A stretch of 64,000 bases of DNA from contig CAVUHY010000017.1 in the NCBI GenBank assembly GCA_963741365.1, positions 2,444-66,443 on the forward strand, written 5' to 3'. Positions 20,054-30,970 of the stretch are shown piece by piece (position 1 is the stretch's first letter; the number at the start of each line of letters is the position of its first letter). The notes under the pieces are model-generated. The model was given only the letters and a program-made list of their open reading frames with translations, made no database searches and was not told the origin of the DNA. The DNA comes from Candidatus Acidiferrales bacterium. GTDB taxonomy: Bacteria > Acidobacteriota > Terriglobia > Acidiferrales > UBA7541. The position numbers were made by a program, and so were the translations under genes.

Positions 20054-20710
20054 ATGGTTTTTGGTCACAATACAAACGTGAATCTAGCCGGCGCCGTATA
20101 TCACGTGCAGACGGAAGATCGCGGCCCGGCCCACGCATTGATCGACACTACAGTGTATTTTCAAGGGCGCGTGTTGCACCGCCGCACCAACAATTATTTT
20201 GATTTGCTTCCCTTGACGCAAGACAGCCAGCAGGCGTTAAAACTTCGACTCGACGAGCAGCACAAAGGCGTGCTGTCGGAAATTCAATCTGGCGCCTTGC
20301 CGTTGGCGATTCCGCAGCCTACGAACGCGATGTCAGAAGTGCAGCTCTACCCGAAGGCCGCTGCCGTGGAGAAGGTGGTTTCCGTTGCGTGTGCGCCGCG
20401 GAGGCTGGTGATTGAGCTGATCAATTCCCATTCATGGCTTTCCGGCAAACAAGTCTCTTTGCAACTGTCTATCACAGAGGAGAGCGGCGATCCGGTTGCG
20501 GGCGCGAAGATCGACGTGCATTTGGACGGCATGGCTGAGCATCAAATCTTCAGTGCGGCCTCCGGAAGCGATGGCCAGGCGCTGGTAGAATTTGCCATGC
20601 CGCGGATCACCGCAGCGGAAGCGGCAATCGCCATACACGCGCAAGGGAAGGAAGGAAAAGGGCTGCTGCGTTTCGCGTTGCGCGCAAAACCAAAAGTTCC
20701 TTCGGTGTGA
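20054..20710 (+). CDS. Hypothetical protein with a probable C-terminal Ig-like beta domain
   Basis: Long ORF starting MVFGHNTNV..YHVQTED; C-terminal PVAGAKIDV..SDGQALVEF suggests an Ig-like fold. Confidence 0.6.
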   Translation: MVFGHNTNVNLAGAVYHVQTEDRGPAHALIDTTVYFQGRVLHRRTNNYFDLLPLTQDSQQALKLRLDEQHKGVLSEIQSGALPLAIPQPTNAMSEVQLYPKAAAVEKVVSVACAPRRLVIELINSHSWLSGKQVSLQLSITEESGDPVAGAKIDVHLDGMAEHQIFSAASGSDGQALVEFAMPRITAAEAAIAIHAQGKEGKGLLRFALRAKPKVPSV

Positions 20711-20717
20711 ATCCTTT

Positions 20718-20930
20718 ATGAACAATGGCTTCAACATTCTGGTGAATGGCGAAAATCGAGAAACGCCCCGGGGCACAACGGTTCTCACGCTTCTCGATCA
20801 GCTTGGCTTGAACGCCGGCCGCGTGGCCATCGAATATAATTTGCAAATCCTGCCGAAGACGAAATGGAACGAAACAAAAGTCGCGCCGGGTGACCGACTG
20901 GAGATTGTCCAGTTCGTTGGTGGTGGCTAA
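20718..20930 (+). CDS. thiS: Sulfur carrier protein ThiS
   Basis: 70 aa ending in LEIVQFVGGG; VNGE and VAIEYN motifs. Confidence 0.92.
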   Translation: MNNGFNILVNGENRETPRGTTVLTLLDQLGLNAGRVAIEYNLQILPKTKWNETKVAPGDRLEIVQFVGGG

Positions 20931-20978
20931 TTCACCGGGCAGCACGCCTCAGACGGCGGCCGCTACAAAAAACTGGCA

Positions 20979-21368
20979 TTATTTCGCTAGAAATTTCTTC
21001 CACGGTCTCCAATAATATTTCGGCCAGCCTTCGCGGACCCCTTTGTGGTCATACTGCGGCACGCCTACATGCACCAGATTGATCTGTGCGCCACCGGGCG
21101 CGCGGCTGAACGTGAGGATCAGCACCGACCAGTCTTCCTTCTTCCAATGATTTGCCCGCCACAGCTGCACAATTCTTTTCTCAGGAATTACCGGGAGGTT
21201 TTTTCCGCCAATCGCGCCGCCAAACGCCATGAACGTGCCGCCGACTTTGTGGCTGATTTTTGCGGGCCTGCCCGTTGCCGCGGAATGTTTGCGCGAGTCG
21301 CGATACATTTCGAATAGAATCTTGGGAGTGGTAGGAAAACGGACGGTCTGGTGAATGATCGGTGTCAC
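20979..21368 (-). CDS. SRPBCC/AHSA1-like domain protein
   Basis: KRIVQLWR..W and GWPKYYW motifs typical of Aha1-like START-fold proteins. Confidence 0.75.
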   Translation of the reverse strand: MTPIIHQTVRFPTTPKILFEMYRDSRKHSAATGRPAKISHKVGGTFMAFGGAIGGKNLPVIPEKRIVQLWRANHWKKEDWSVLILTFSRAPGGAQINLVHVGVPQYDHKGVREGWPKYYWRPWKKFLAK

Positions 21369-21392
21369 GCTTCCCCCACCGCGAGGCAGTTT

Positions 21393-22031
21393 TTACAATC
21401 CGTCGAGAAGATGCCCCATCTTACGCCGTTTGGTTTCGAGGTATGCCCGTGAAGTTTTCGAGATTCGGGGCTGGCAGGGGACGCGCTGCACGACCTTAAT
21501 TCCGCCGGCTTCCAGTTGGCGAAACTTTGTCCGGATTGTTGGACAGCAGCCGTATGCGCGTTGCGCCCAACTTCTTCAGGATTTTGGCGGGGAAGTCGTA
21601 TTCGCGCGCGTCGGCCGCAAAGCCCAGCGATTCGTTCGCCTCCACCGTATCCATCCCGCCGTCCTGCAATTGATACGCGCGCAATTTATTCATCAATCCG
21701 ATTCCGCGACCTTCCTGCGGCAAATACAACAAAATACCGCTAGGCGCTTCGCCGATTTTTCTCAGAGAGAGTTCAAGCTGCGCGCGGCAATCGCAGCGCA
21801 ACGATGCCAGCACGTCGCCGGTCAGGCACTGTGAATGCACTCGGACTAGCGGCGCGGTTCGTCCACGCACGTTTCCGTGAACCAGAGCTACCGCCTCTTC
21901 TTGCGGGCCAATTCCCTCGAATCCATAAATCGTGAACATGCCGAACTTTGAAGGCAACGCCGCTTCCGCCACCTGCCGCGCTACTCTCGTTTGCCGCTCC
22001 TTGATTTCTTCGCTTTCTTTTTCTTGGGCAT
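21393..22031 (-). CDS. ribA: GTP cyclohydrolase II, apparent frameshifts near 21525 and ~21990
   Basis: [28 protein letters not shown] and LLSNNPDK motifs; the C-terminus ([13 protein letters not shown]) is in another frame ending at 21393. Confidence 0.9.
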
Positions 22032-22154
22032 AGGAATTCCCAGTATAGCAGTTCGGGCAATGCTTACTTTTACTGCGACCGTCCGCACAATTCTGGTTCG
22101 GGTTCTTTACTTTCCATCGCGGTTTGGCTAGCGTAAACGCATCGCCCTGCAATC

Positions 22155-23481
22155 ATGGACACCGGCATATCACTTCGCGAATTGTTTTTCACCCTGCTTC
22201 CCAAGGTGGGAGTGGCTTCATCTATGGCTGCGTTGCTGGCACGCTGGAACACGTTTCGTCGCGTGCTGTTCACCGAAGAGCGCGATTCCGATCAAAAACT
22301 TAAACTCATGCTGTTTATGACGCCTCCCTTGATCGTCGGCGTAACGCTTCGCCTGGTCAGCCGCGCGTACCAGTTTGCCGACCTCTCTCTCGAAGGCGCG
22401 TTCCTGATGGGGCTTCTGGGCGGCCGCGTCGTTGGCCCTATTGGCGGGGCAATCATCACCATTCCCGCACTGATGGCTCACGAGTGGCTCGCGATGCCAG
22501 CGGCCGCCACTGCGGGTTTGATTGGTGGTTTGATTCGCCAGCTGATTCCCGACAAGGAGGATCTCTGGAACTTCGGCCCATTTACTTTCTTAAACATTCC
22601 GAAAGCCATCATGAGTCTGATCGGGCAGGGAAAAATGTCCTGGGAGATGTTTCCGCTTTTCGCATGCGTCGGACTGGAACTCGGCCGCGTTGCTCTGGTG
22701 ATGGCGACCAAACCCAATTGGCTTTTCGCCATTGATCCACACTGGAATTGGCCACTGTTTCTTGTGGTAATGTGCACGCCTAATTTCTGTTGCCACGCCA
22801 TTGAAAATCTGGAACAACACGCGAATCGAGATGAACCTCGAGCGGCACCAGCAACTCCTTCTTCGCGCGCGCATGGACGCCCTCTCCAGCCAGATCAATC
22901 CGCACTTTCTTTTCAACACGCTCAATACGGTTACCGCATTGATCCGCATGGACCCTGACACTGCGCGCGGCGTGGTACTAAAGCTCAGCAATATCCTGCG
23001 GCGCCTTTTGCGCAAGCACGAAACCTTCGTTCCGCTGCGTGAAGAGCTTTCCTTCATCGACGATTATCTTGACATTGAAGTCGCGCGCTTCGGCGAAGAC
23101 AGCCTTGACATCATCAAAGAAATCGACGAATACACGCTGGAAACGTTCATTCCCAGCATGCTGCTGCAACCCATGGTGGAGAACAGCCTCAAGCATGGTC
23201 TCGCTCCCAAGCTCGAAGGCGGCCGGATCTGCCTGCGCACTTCGGCAAAAGATGGCCGCTTGCGAATTGAAATCGAGGACAACGGCGTCGGCATCTCCGA
23301 GGAGAAAATGCCGCACGTTTATGTAGAGGGCATCGGCCTAAGCAACGTCCGCGAACGCCTGCGCGTTCTCTACGGCGCGGATTTCCACCTGGAAATTGAA
23401 AGTCACGCCGGGCAAGGAACCCTCATCCGCATCGACATCCCCGAGCTTGTCCCCGAGATCCCCGAAGTCAGCGTTTTCTAA
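22155..23481 (+). CDS. LytS/YehU-type membrane sensor histidine kinase, apparent frameshift near 22780-22800
   Basis: Multi-TM N-terminus (22155..22958) plus QINPHFLFNTLN, LQPMVENSLKHG, DNGVG and GIGLSNV in 22801..23481. Confidence 0.88.
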
Positions 23482-23563
23482 TTGCGTAGGCCTGTCGTGC
23501 CTTGACGAAGACAAAAAGCAGATCCCGCGCTTCGCTTCTTGATGGCACGCTGAAAGATCGTCC

Positions 23564-23606
23564 TTGACGCCATTCTCCAGATACCGTATATTCTGTTACA
23601 ACAGAA
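23564..23606 (+). promoter_or_regulatory. Sigma70-like promoter with overlapping inverted-repeat operator upstream of the GbsR/MarR gene
   Basis: TTGACG (23564)-17 bp-TATATT (23587); perfect inverted repeat TTCTGTT-AC-AACAGAA at 23591-23606. Confidence 0.65.
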
Positions 23607-23684
23607 ATAACTGACGACGGTGTAAGAGCCTGCTCCGTCATCCGTGTCAGAAGTCGCCGCGCCAATCCTACTCCGGAGGCCGTC

Positions 23685-24254
23685 ATGAGCGAACACCCAA
23701 GAAACGCACCAGAGCCACTCACCCCTGTCGCGCAGAAGTTCATCCTGCACTGGGGCGAAATGGGTACCAAGTGGGGAATCAACCGCACGGTGGCGCAGGT
23801 CCATGCGCTCCTGTTTCTGTCGCCCAAGCCCCTTCCAGCCGACGACATTTCGACCACGCTGGCCGTGGCCCGTTCCAACGTCAGCACCAGCCTGCGCGAG
23901 CTCCAGGGTTGGGGAATTGCACGCGTGGTGCACGTCCTGGGGGATCGCCGCGACCATTTCGAGACCACCAAGGACGTGTGGGAAATCTTCCGCACCGTAT
24001 CCGAAGAGCGGAAGCGGCGCGAGATCGATCCAACCCTGCGCGTGCTGACGGAGTGCGTTCAGGAACCGAGATCCAACGCCCAGGGCGACGCATACACCCG
24101 CGAACGCCTGGCAACGATGCTCGAATTTTTGATGACCATGACGGGCTTGTTCGAGGAACTCTTGCGCATACCAATGGGCACGCTGAAAGGTGTCGGCAAG
24201 TTGCGCGGCAAAGTCATCACGCTGCTGGGCAGCGACAAAAAGAAGGCAGGTTAG
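23685..24254 (+). CDS. GbsR/MarR-family transcriptional regulator
   Basis: FILHWGEMG..WGINRTVAQVHALL, ARSNVSTSLRELQGWG and GDRRDHF motifs. Confidence 0.88.
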   Translation: MSEHPRNAPEPLTPVAQKFILHWGEMGTKWGINRTVAQVHALLFLSPKPLPADDISTTLAVARSNVSTSLRELQGWGIARVVHVLGDRRDHFETTKDVWEIFRTVSEERKRREIDPTLRVLTECVQEPRSNAQGDAYTRERLATMLEFLMTMTGLFEELLRIPMGTLKGVGKLRGKVITLLGSDKKKAG

Positions 24255-24293
24255 TCACCGCGGTCGAATGGGCGATAAAACGAGGTTCAAGCC

Positions 24294-24704
24294 ATGATCT
24301 CCCTCACCAGCGAATACACTGATACCAAGGGCCGCCACGCGCGAGGCTGGCTCTTTTACGATGCCGATTGCGCATTCTGCTCGAGGATTGCCTACTGGCT
24401 GGCGCCGATCCTGGCTACGCGTGGCCTGGCAGTCGCTCCGCTGCAGGATCCTCGCGTTGGCCCGCTCCTGGGGTTGCCGCCGGGCGAATTGTTGCGTGAA
24501 CTGAAACTCCTTTTGTCCGATGGCCGGCAGTTCGGCGGCGCAAGTGCTGTCGTCGCCATGGCACAAGCAATCTGGTGGGCACGCCCGCTCGTGTGGCTGT
24601 CTAAAATCCCAGGAGCGATGCGAATCCTTGATGCTGCCTATCGCTGGGTTGCCGCTCAACGCAGCTGTGCCGAAAACAAGGATATCCAGATCCGCGGAGG
24701 ATGA
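24294..24704 (+). CDS. DCC1-like thiol-disulfide oxidoreductase (DUF393)
   Basis: YDADCAFC motif and C-terminal AYRWVA. Confidence 0.8.
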   Translation: MISLTSEYTDTKGRHARGWLFYDADCAFCSRIAYWLAPILATRGLAVAPLQDPRVGPLLGLPPGELLRELKLLLSDGRQFGGASAVVAMAQAIWWARPLVWLSKIPGAMRILDAAYRWVAAQRSCAENKDIQIRGG

Positions 24705-25206
24705 GATAGGAGATAGCGTTTGGAGAGCTTCACCTAAAATTTGGGAAGTCGCCAAACAATGGGAAGATAACGTTCTTCAAATCCGAACACCTGGGAACCC
24801 GGAAGATCACAATGGGCAGTGCCATGGTCATGAGCCCGGATCGAGGCTGTGTTTTCGACGTTTTACTTCGCCGGAAGAACTCAACGACTGCGCAAATCCT
24901 ACTTCGCCGCGCCCGCTGCAGAATCGGGAATTCATGAAGCCCATACGCGGCGCCTCGGGAATCCACGTAGGCTTTCCGGGATCGGAATTAATGCTGAACG
25001 TAGGCGCGCTCTTTCTGCGAATGGAAACGGAGCTGATCCTGAAGAGCAGGCGCGTTGTGCCTGGCAGGTTGTTGAACGGAGGTTTCGCGTTTCGATTTAC
25101 GGCGTGGCCAGCCGCCGCAAAGCAGTTGGTCGAACAATGGCGGAGAAGCTCCAGAAGGCTAAAGGTAAGCTCCGAGCTTAAGAACTCCGAGCCGACAAGT
25201 TCCTAG
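24700..25206 (+). pseudogene. Remnant of a TIGR01777/DUF1731 NAD-dependent epimerase
   Basis: PLQNREFM..FLRMETELILKSRRVVPGRLL.GGF.FRF..W resembles the C-terminus of this family; no N-terminal Rossmann fold. Confidence 0.6.
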
Positions 25207-26337
25207 GGCACTCTCCCACACTTTCCAACACCTGTTCGTAGTACTGTTCGTACATCGGAATCACATCTTTGGCGCAGTATTTTCGTTTGGCGTGCACGCG
25301 CGCGAGTTGGCCCATCTCTCGGCCGCGATCGGCCCGTGACAATAGTCGATGGCGTACTTGGCCGCCTGCTGCACATCGCCGGGCTCTACCAGGTAACCGT
25401 CGACGCCCGACTCCACGACTTCCGGCAAGCCGCCCACATTCGTCGCAATCACTGGAACCTCGCAGGCCATTGCTTCGAGCGCGGCCAGTCCGAAGGACTC
25501 GAGTTGCGACGGCAGCAGAAACAGATCCGCCTGGCTCAATTTACGCATCACTTCGTTCTGCTTACCCAAAAACAGGACATCGTTCTGGATCCCGTGTTTC
25601 AAAGCTAGCGTCTCGGCAGCCTCGCGGTCTGGCCCGTCGCCAATCATCACTAGTTTTGCGGGCATTTTTTGGCGCACCAGCGCAAACGTTTCAACGGCAT
25701 CCAGAATTCGCTTTACCGGGCGGAAGTTCGACAAGTGCATCAGGATCGGTTCGCCGTTCGGCGCCCACTCTGCGCGAAGCTGCGGGTCCGGCATGCGGCA
25801 ATAAAGATCACAATTTACAAAGTTGGGGATGACTTCGATTGGACGCTTGATGACAAATTCTTCCAGCGTACGCTTCAACAAATAGTTCGAGATCGAAGTG
25901 ACGCCGTCGCTCTGCTCAATCGAGTAGCGCGTAATCGGCAGAAAGTTGTGGTTATTGCCCACCAGCGTGATGTCCGTTCCATGCAGCGTGGTGATGAACG
26001 GCAGCCGCCGCGGCGCGGCCATCTGGCGCGCCAGCAGCGCGCTGACGGAGTGAGGAATCGCATAGTGTACGTGCAGAATGTCCAGCGATTCACTCTCAAA
26101 TACTTCCAACATTTTCACGGCCAGCGAAAGGGTATAGGGAGAATGATCGAACAACGGGTAGGAAACTACGGCTGCCTGATGGAAATGAATGTGCGGATGG
26201 TTCAAGTTGATGCGAATCGGCGGAGCATAAGTGATGAAGTGTACATCGTGCCCGCGCGCGGCAAGTTCCTGCCCGAGTTCGGTGGCAACGACTCCGGAAC
26301 CGCCGTAGGTTGGATATCCCGTAATGCCAATGCGCAT
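25203..26337 (-). CDS. bshA: N-acetyl-alpha-D-glucosaminyl L-malate synthase BshA (GT4), apparent frameshift near 25335
   Basis: YPTYGGSGVVATELG, LHVHYAIPH, TTLHGTDITLVG, SNFRPVKR and ESFGLAALEAMA motifs. Confidence 0.9.
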
Positions 26338-26480
26338 AAGCCCTCAACTAGTCTGTTTGCCCTGCCCATTTTGCGCTTCCTTGCGGGGCGGCCAACACGG
26401 ATGTTACATTCACGCCGTTGCGCAATACGGCCGCTGACTACGGCATCGTACACCGATTAGACGCACGAGTGAGGTACAAC

Positions 26481-27251
26481 GTGACAAGACTGGCGGGCAA
26501 AGTGGCCCTGGTAACGGGTGCGGGCTCGGGCATAGGCAAAGCAATTGCCATCGCGCTGGCTCGCGAAGGCGCCAAAGTGGCGTTGGCCGGCAGGCGCAAG
26601 GAGAAGCTTGACGAGACCGCCGCGGAAATCTGGAAGGGGGATCCCTCTGCGGAGACGCTCCCTGTGGTTTGCGACATCACCAGGTCTGTTGAGACGAATG
26701 CTGTGGTTGCCCAAGTGGAGCAAACGTTGGGCAAGCTCAACGTCTTAGTGAATAACGCCGGAGCGCTGAGCGTTACCACCATTGAAACCATCACTGAGGA
26801 GGAGTGGGATAGCGTGATATCCACCAATCTGAAGGGTCCGTTCCTGATGTCCCGCGCTGTTTTGCCGGCGATGCGGCGTGCCGGGGGCGGCTCGATCGTA
26901 AATATAGGCTCTGCGCTCGGTTTGGTTGCGGTAAAGGACCGTGCTGCCTATTGCGCCTCTAAAGGCGGCGTCACCTCGCTCACTAAGGCCCTGGCGCTGG
27001 ACCATGCTAAAGACAACATCCGGGTAAACTGCATTTGCCCTTCGGTCGTGGAGACCGACCTGATTCGCGACCTGTTCGCCAGTTCCGAAGCGGGCCGCCT
27101 TGCAAAAGAGGCCCGCATTGCCACGATTCCCGCGGGCAGATTCGGAAAACCACAAGACATTGCAGGATTGGCTGTGTTCCTGGCGTCCGACGAGTCTTCT
27201 TGGATGACCGGTACGGCGATTCCCGTAGATGGCGGCTTGACCGCTTATTAA
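26481..27251 (+). CDS. Short-chain dehydrogenase/reductase (SDR)
   Basis: TGAGSGIG, NNAG, YCASK and VDGG motifs. Confidence 0.93.
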   Translation: MTRLAGKVALVTGAGSGIGKAIAIALAREGAKVALAGRRKEKLDETAAEIWKGDPSAETLPVVCDITRSVETNAVVAQVEQTLGKLNVLVNNAGALSVTTIETITEEEWDSVISTNLKGPFLMSRAVLPAMRRAGGGSIVNIGSALGLVAVKDRAAYCASKGGVTSLTKALALDHAKDNIRVNCICPSVVETDLIRDLFASSEAGRLAKEARIATIPAGRFGKPQDIAGLAVFLASDESSWMTGTAIPVDGGLTAY

Positions 27252-27267
27252 AGGAGCCTTTCAACGC

Positions 27268-27744
27268 ATGTCGCGAAATTCAATTCCACGAAAATCAGCT
27301 CTGCGCGCACTAAGTAAAGAAGAGAAACGTATTACGGAACTTGTTCGCCAAAGAATGAAGGAGAGCCAGTCCAGCGAATTGCTGGGCTTCGACGTGGAAA
27401 GTGTCCACGACGGCCGCGCTGTTTTTCGTCTGGACGTTCACCCTCGCCATAAACAAATCCACGGAGTGGTGCACGGCGGCATTCTTGCCGCATTGGCAGA
27501 CACGACGGGTGCGATCGCTGCGTATACAGTGATTCCCCGAGGCGTCGAGCTGGCGACATTGGAACTGAAAATCAATTATCTGGAACCGGTGCCGGGCGGA
27601 ACGGTAAAAGCCGAAGCAACCGTCTTGCGCGCCGGCCGCAATTTTATTGTTGTGGAGTGCGGGATTTATAACGAATCGGGAACCTTGGCTGCAAAATCCA
27701 CGATGACATTCACCGCTGCAGCGGGCCACATCTTGAAAAAGTAA
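27268..27744 (+). CDS. PaaI-family thioesterase
   Basis: GVVHGGILAALAD and TLELKINYL hotdog-fold motifs. Confidence 0.9.
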   Translation: MSRNSIPRKSALRALSKEEKRITELVRQRMKESQSSELLGFDVESVHDGRAVFRLDVHPRHKQIHGVVHGGILAALADTTGAIAAYTVIPRGVELATLELKINYLEPVPGGTVKAEATVLRAGRNFIVVECGIYNESGTLAAKSTMTFTAAAGHILKK

Positions 27745-27753
27745 GACGACCGC

Positions 27754-28098
27754 TTATTCTTCGTTCCCGCCGCCGGCAGACTCTTCGTCATCCTTGTGGA
27801 CATACTTGATAAACCGCTTGAAAATCATCAGATTGGGCGCTCCGTGCCGCGTCAATTTGATGCAATCCCGATCATACCATTCGATAATTCCTCTGAGTTC
27901 TTCGCCGGATTCCAACACCACCAGCATCGGTGTACGGCTCTGCATTTGCTTAACCCAGTAAAAATTCTCCGCGTGGGTCAGCTCGGGAGGCGCGGGCTTC
28001 TTACTTGGAAGAGGCCCATTGTTGTTGTGTTGCGGCCGCGGCATGGCTTGTTCCTTGGCTTCCGCAAAGCTAGGACGGAACATCCGGCGATTTACCAT
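27754..28098 (-). CDS. Hfq-like (Sm-fold) RNA chaperone
   Basis: PMLVVLESGEELRGIIEWYDRDCIKL..NLMIFKRFIKY fits an Sm1/Sm2 pattern. Confidence 0.75.
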   Translation of the reverse strand: MVNRRMFRPSFAEAKEQAMPRPQHNNNGPLPSKKPAPPELTHAENFYWVKQMQSRTPMLVVLESGEELRGIIEWYDRDCIKLTRHGAPNLMIFKRFIKYVHKDDEESAGGGNEE

Positions 28099-28213
28099 TG
28101 AAAGCTCCTTGGGGGCAGAGGGGTTTTTCTACCGCTTTAGATGCAAGCCGTGCGGGTTGGGTTTCGCTGGCCACGCTATTATGGTCCTCTTTTGTTGCGA
28201 ACGGACAATAATT

Positions 28214-29341
28214 TTACTTTCCTCCGGCTGGTGTCTCTGATCCGCCCGCTGAAAGAGACGCGGCCATCGCGTCCAGACCAAGTTGACGGTTCAAATTTCT
28301 CCGGGCGCCCGACGCCACTTCGTCGACGGCCGCGATCGCCCGAAACACCCACGCGGAATCGACCGATTGTGAAAGACCGTTTAATTCTTTGACCAGGTTC
28401 GCATTGCGCAGCAGCAGCGATTTTATCCCCGAAGTGAGTTCCAGCAGGTCCGAGAGCAATCCGTAGAAAATCCCCACCATCTCTTCGAAGGAAGATTCGC
28501 GATCCTTGCCCAACGTCGCGGTATCCGCGAACAATTGCGAAAACCCGTGCCCGCGTGCCGCTCGCTCAAGTACCCGGAAAGCCGTTCTGCGGCGTTCCAC
28601 CACCTCTTCTACATTCATTTCCATAGCGACGCCCGGGCTTCCCTCGGACAGCTGCGCCGCCAGTTCAATCTCCGAGGGCTTACGGTCCGAGTGCGCCTTC
28701 AACACGGCTTCCACTTCGGCTTGGGGCAATGGTGCCAGATGAAACTGCATGCATCGCGAAATAATCGTGGGCAGAAGCGCAAAGGGAGAAACTGCTGTAA
28801 GGATCAGCGTGGCGTTTCCGGGCGGCTCTTCGAGGATTTTTAGAAACACGCTAGCTACATCCCAACGCATCGTCTCGGCGCTATCCAGAATGAAGACGCG
28901 CTGCCGTCCCATCGGATGGAAGTAGGCGGCACGTTGCACCGCCCGAAGCTGTCCGATGCGAAGGACCGGGCGAACCACTGGGCGCTTCAACCGAACTGGG
29001 TCCGGCACCAGCGCCCACACATCCGGATGGGATTGGAGAATCAGGGGCACGCGTTCGACTGTTGCTGCGTCGGCGCTTTCGCCGCGTTCCGCAAGGCCTT
29101 GCTCGATTAATCGTTGAGGATCAGCAAGTGGCGCAATCGCCAGGCAGGTTGAACATTCCCCGCAGAAATCGTCTTTTCGCCGTTCGCAGTTGGCCGCTTG
29201 CGCAAACATCCGCGCCAGCGTGTACTTGCCCACGCCCTTCGGCCCGGTGAACAACAGCGCGTGAGGCACACGTCCCGATCGAAAGGCGCCTTGCAGCGCT
29301 TCGACGATTTTCTGGTTGCCGGAAAATTCCGAGAATCCCAT
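28214..29341 (-). CDS. holB: DNA polymerase III subunit delta'
   Basis: HALLFTGPKGVGK, CGECSTC, HPDV, LKILEEPP and TIISRC motifs; adjacent to tmk. Confidence 0.9.
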   Translation of the reverse strand: MGFSEFSGNQKIVEALQGAFRSGRVPHALLFTGPKGVGKYTLARMFAQAANCERRKDDFCGECSTCLAIAPLADPQRLIEQGLAERGESADAATVERVPLILQSHPDVWALVPDPVRLKRPVVRPVLRIGQLRAVQRAAYFHPMGRQRVFILDSAETMRWDVASVFLKILEEPPGNATLILTAVSPFALLPTIISRCMQFHLAPLPQAEVEAVLKAHSDRKPSEIELAAQLSEGSPGVAMEMNVEEVVERRRTAFRVLERAARGHGFSQLFADTATLGKDRESSFEEMVGIFYGLLSDLLELTSGIKSLLLRNANLVKELNGLSQSVDSAWVFRAIAAVDEVASGARRNLNRQLGLDAMAASLSAGGSETPAGGK

Positions 29342-29344
29342 CGC

Positions 29345-30040
29345 CTAGGCTGCACCCCTTGCTGCCAACACGCCTTGCACGGCAGCCAGCATCTCCGCGG
29401 CAATTTCTTCGGGCAGGCGCATTGAGCCTCGTTGCGCATCGAAAGATTGGATTGTGGCCCACGGACGGCTTCGCGAAAGCATGTCGTACATTTCGGCGGC
29501 ATCTTCCAGGTGGCGCAGATCGCTTTCCTGCAGGTCGTGCTTCGCGGCGGTATAGTTTCGCGCCGGTTTCCGGGCCACAAGTTTTTGCGCTTCGGCGGGA
29601 GGCACTCGCAAATACAGAATCAGGCTCTCTCGCGGCAATCCGTAGATGGAATACTCCAGATGCTCGATCCAGCGCATCAGTTCCGAGCGCTTTTGCACCG
29701 GCGCGCGGGCAACTTGATGAGCCAGATTGGACCCGATGTAGCGATCACAAAGTACGATAGTGCCGTCATTTAGAGCATCTTCGAGCTGTGATTTGGCCTC
29801 GAATCGATCTCCAGCATAAAGCAGCGCCGCAAACCTCGGATCCACATTTTGCAGGGTTCCCAACTCGCCATTCAGGTACTTGGAAATCATGGTGCCAAAC
29901 CAGGAGTCGTATTGCGGGAATCCGGTGAAGTACACGGAGTGTCCGGCGGCGGTAAGCGAGTGCTCCAGGAGCCGCGACTGCGTCTGTTTACCGCTCCCGT
30001 CGATGCCCTCAATTGTGATCAGGATTCCGCGACTTGTCAT
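29345..30040 (-). CDS. tmk: Thymidylate kinase
   Basis: ITIEGIDGSGK, LLYAGDR and LCDRYIGS motifs; ATG at 30040. Confidence 0.92.
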   Translation of the reverse strand: MTSRGILITIEGIDGSGKQTQSRLLEHSLTAAGHSVYFTGFPQYDSWFGTMISKYLNGELGTLQNVDPRFAALLYAGDRFEAKSQLEDALNDGTIVLCDRYIGSNLAHQVARAPVQKRSELMRWIEHLEYSIYGLPRESLILYLRVPPAEAQKLVARKPARNYTAAKHDLQESDLRHLEDAAEMYDMLSRSRPWATIQSFDAQRGSMRLPEEIAAEMLAAVQGVLAARGAA

Positions 30041-30222
30041 AGCACCGATCCGTGACCCGGGGACGGGAAGCCACCAGTAGATTTTTTCAGTGTAACCGGA
30101 GAGTCCTTCCCCCGCAATCGAAAGGTCGCAGGACCAACTTATTTTCATGGTTTTGCGCCCTTTCCGTTCTCCAAATCGAAGCACACCCTCCACCGTGTTA
30201 GGATTTCTTCAGGAACCGATGA

Positions 30223-30933
30223 ATGACTTCCGTGAGCATTGCTGACAATTTGACGCGCATCAACGAGCGCATCGCGCTCGCCGCGGCCAAGGTCCATCGC
30301 AAACCCGAAGAGATCACGCTGGTCGGTGTCTCAAAGACGCATCCCGCCGCAGCTATTCGCGAAGCCCACACTGCGGGGCTGCGCCACTTTGGCGAGAATC
30401 GCGTTCAGGAGTGGGAAGGGAAGCGCTCGACACTCGCCGATCTTGCAGAGGCTTGCACGTTTCACTTGATCGGTCATTTACAAAGCAATAAGGCCGCCCG
30501 AGGCGCCAAATATTTCGACCGCGTGGACTCTGTCGATGATCATACCTTGGCGCAAAAGCTGGACCGCGCGGCAGCAGAAAAATCGCCGTTCGAAAGGCTT
30601 CCCGTGCTGATCGAAGTTCACCTTGGAGGTGAAGAAAGCAAAAGCGGCGCTGCCGAATCAGCGCTCGAGCGCCTTGCGGAACAGATGCTCGCTCTCTCTC
30701 ATCTGAATCTGAAGGGAATGATGTGCATTCCTCCGTTCTCGGAAAACCCAGAACAGGCGCGGCCCTACTTCGCACATTTACGTTACCTGCAGGAGAACTT
30801 GCAATTTCACTTGGGACTGAACTTGCCTGTACTGTCCATGGGAATGTCTCACGATTTTGAAATCGCCATTCAGGAAGGTTCGACGGAAGTCCGCGTGGGC
30901 ACAGCGTTGTTTGGCACCCGCCCCGGCCCCTGA
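30223..30933 (+). CDS. yggS: YggS-family PLP-binding protein
   Basis: VSKT, FGENRVQE, IGHLQSNK, LSMGMSHD and VRVGTALFG motifs. Confidence 0.95.
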   Translation: MTSVSIADNLTRINERIALAAAKVHRKPEEITLVGVSKTHPAAAIREAHTAGLRHFGENRVQEWEGKRSTLADLAEACTFHLIGHLQSNKAARGAKYFDRVDSVDDHTLAQKLDRAAAEKSPFERLPVLIEVHLGGEESKSGAAESALERLAEQMLALSHLNLKGMMCIPPFSENPEQARPYFAHLRYLQENLQFHLGLNLPVLSMGMSHDFEIAIQEGSTEVRVGTALFGTRPGP

Positions 30934-30970
30934 AGCATCCAACGCATATCTCAAAAGAACGGTGGACCTA

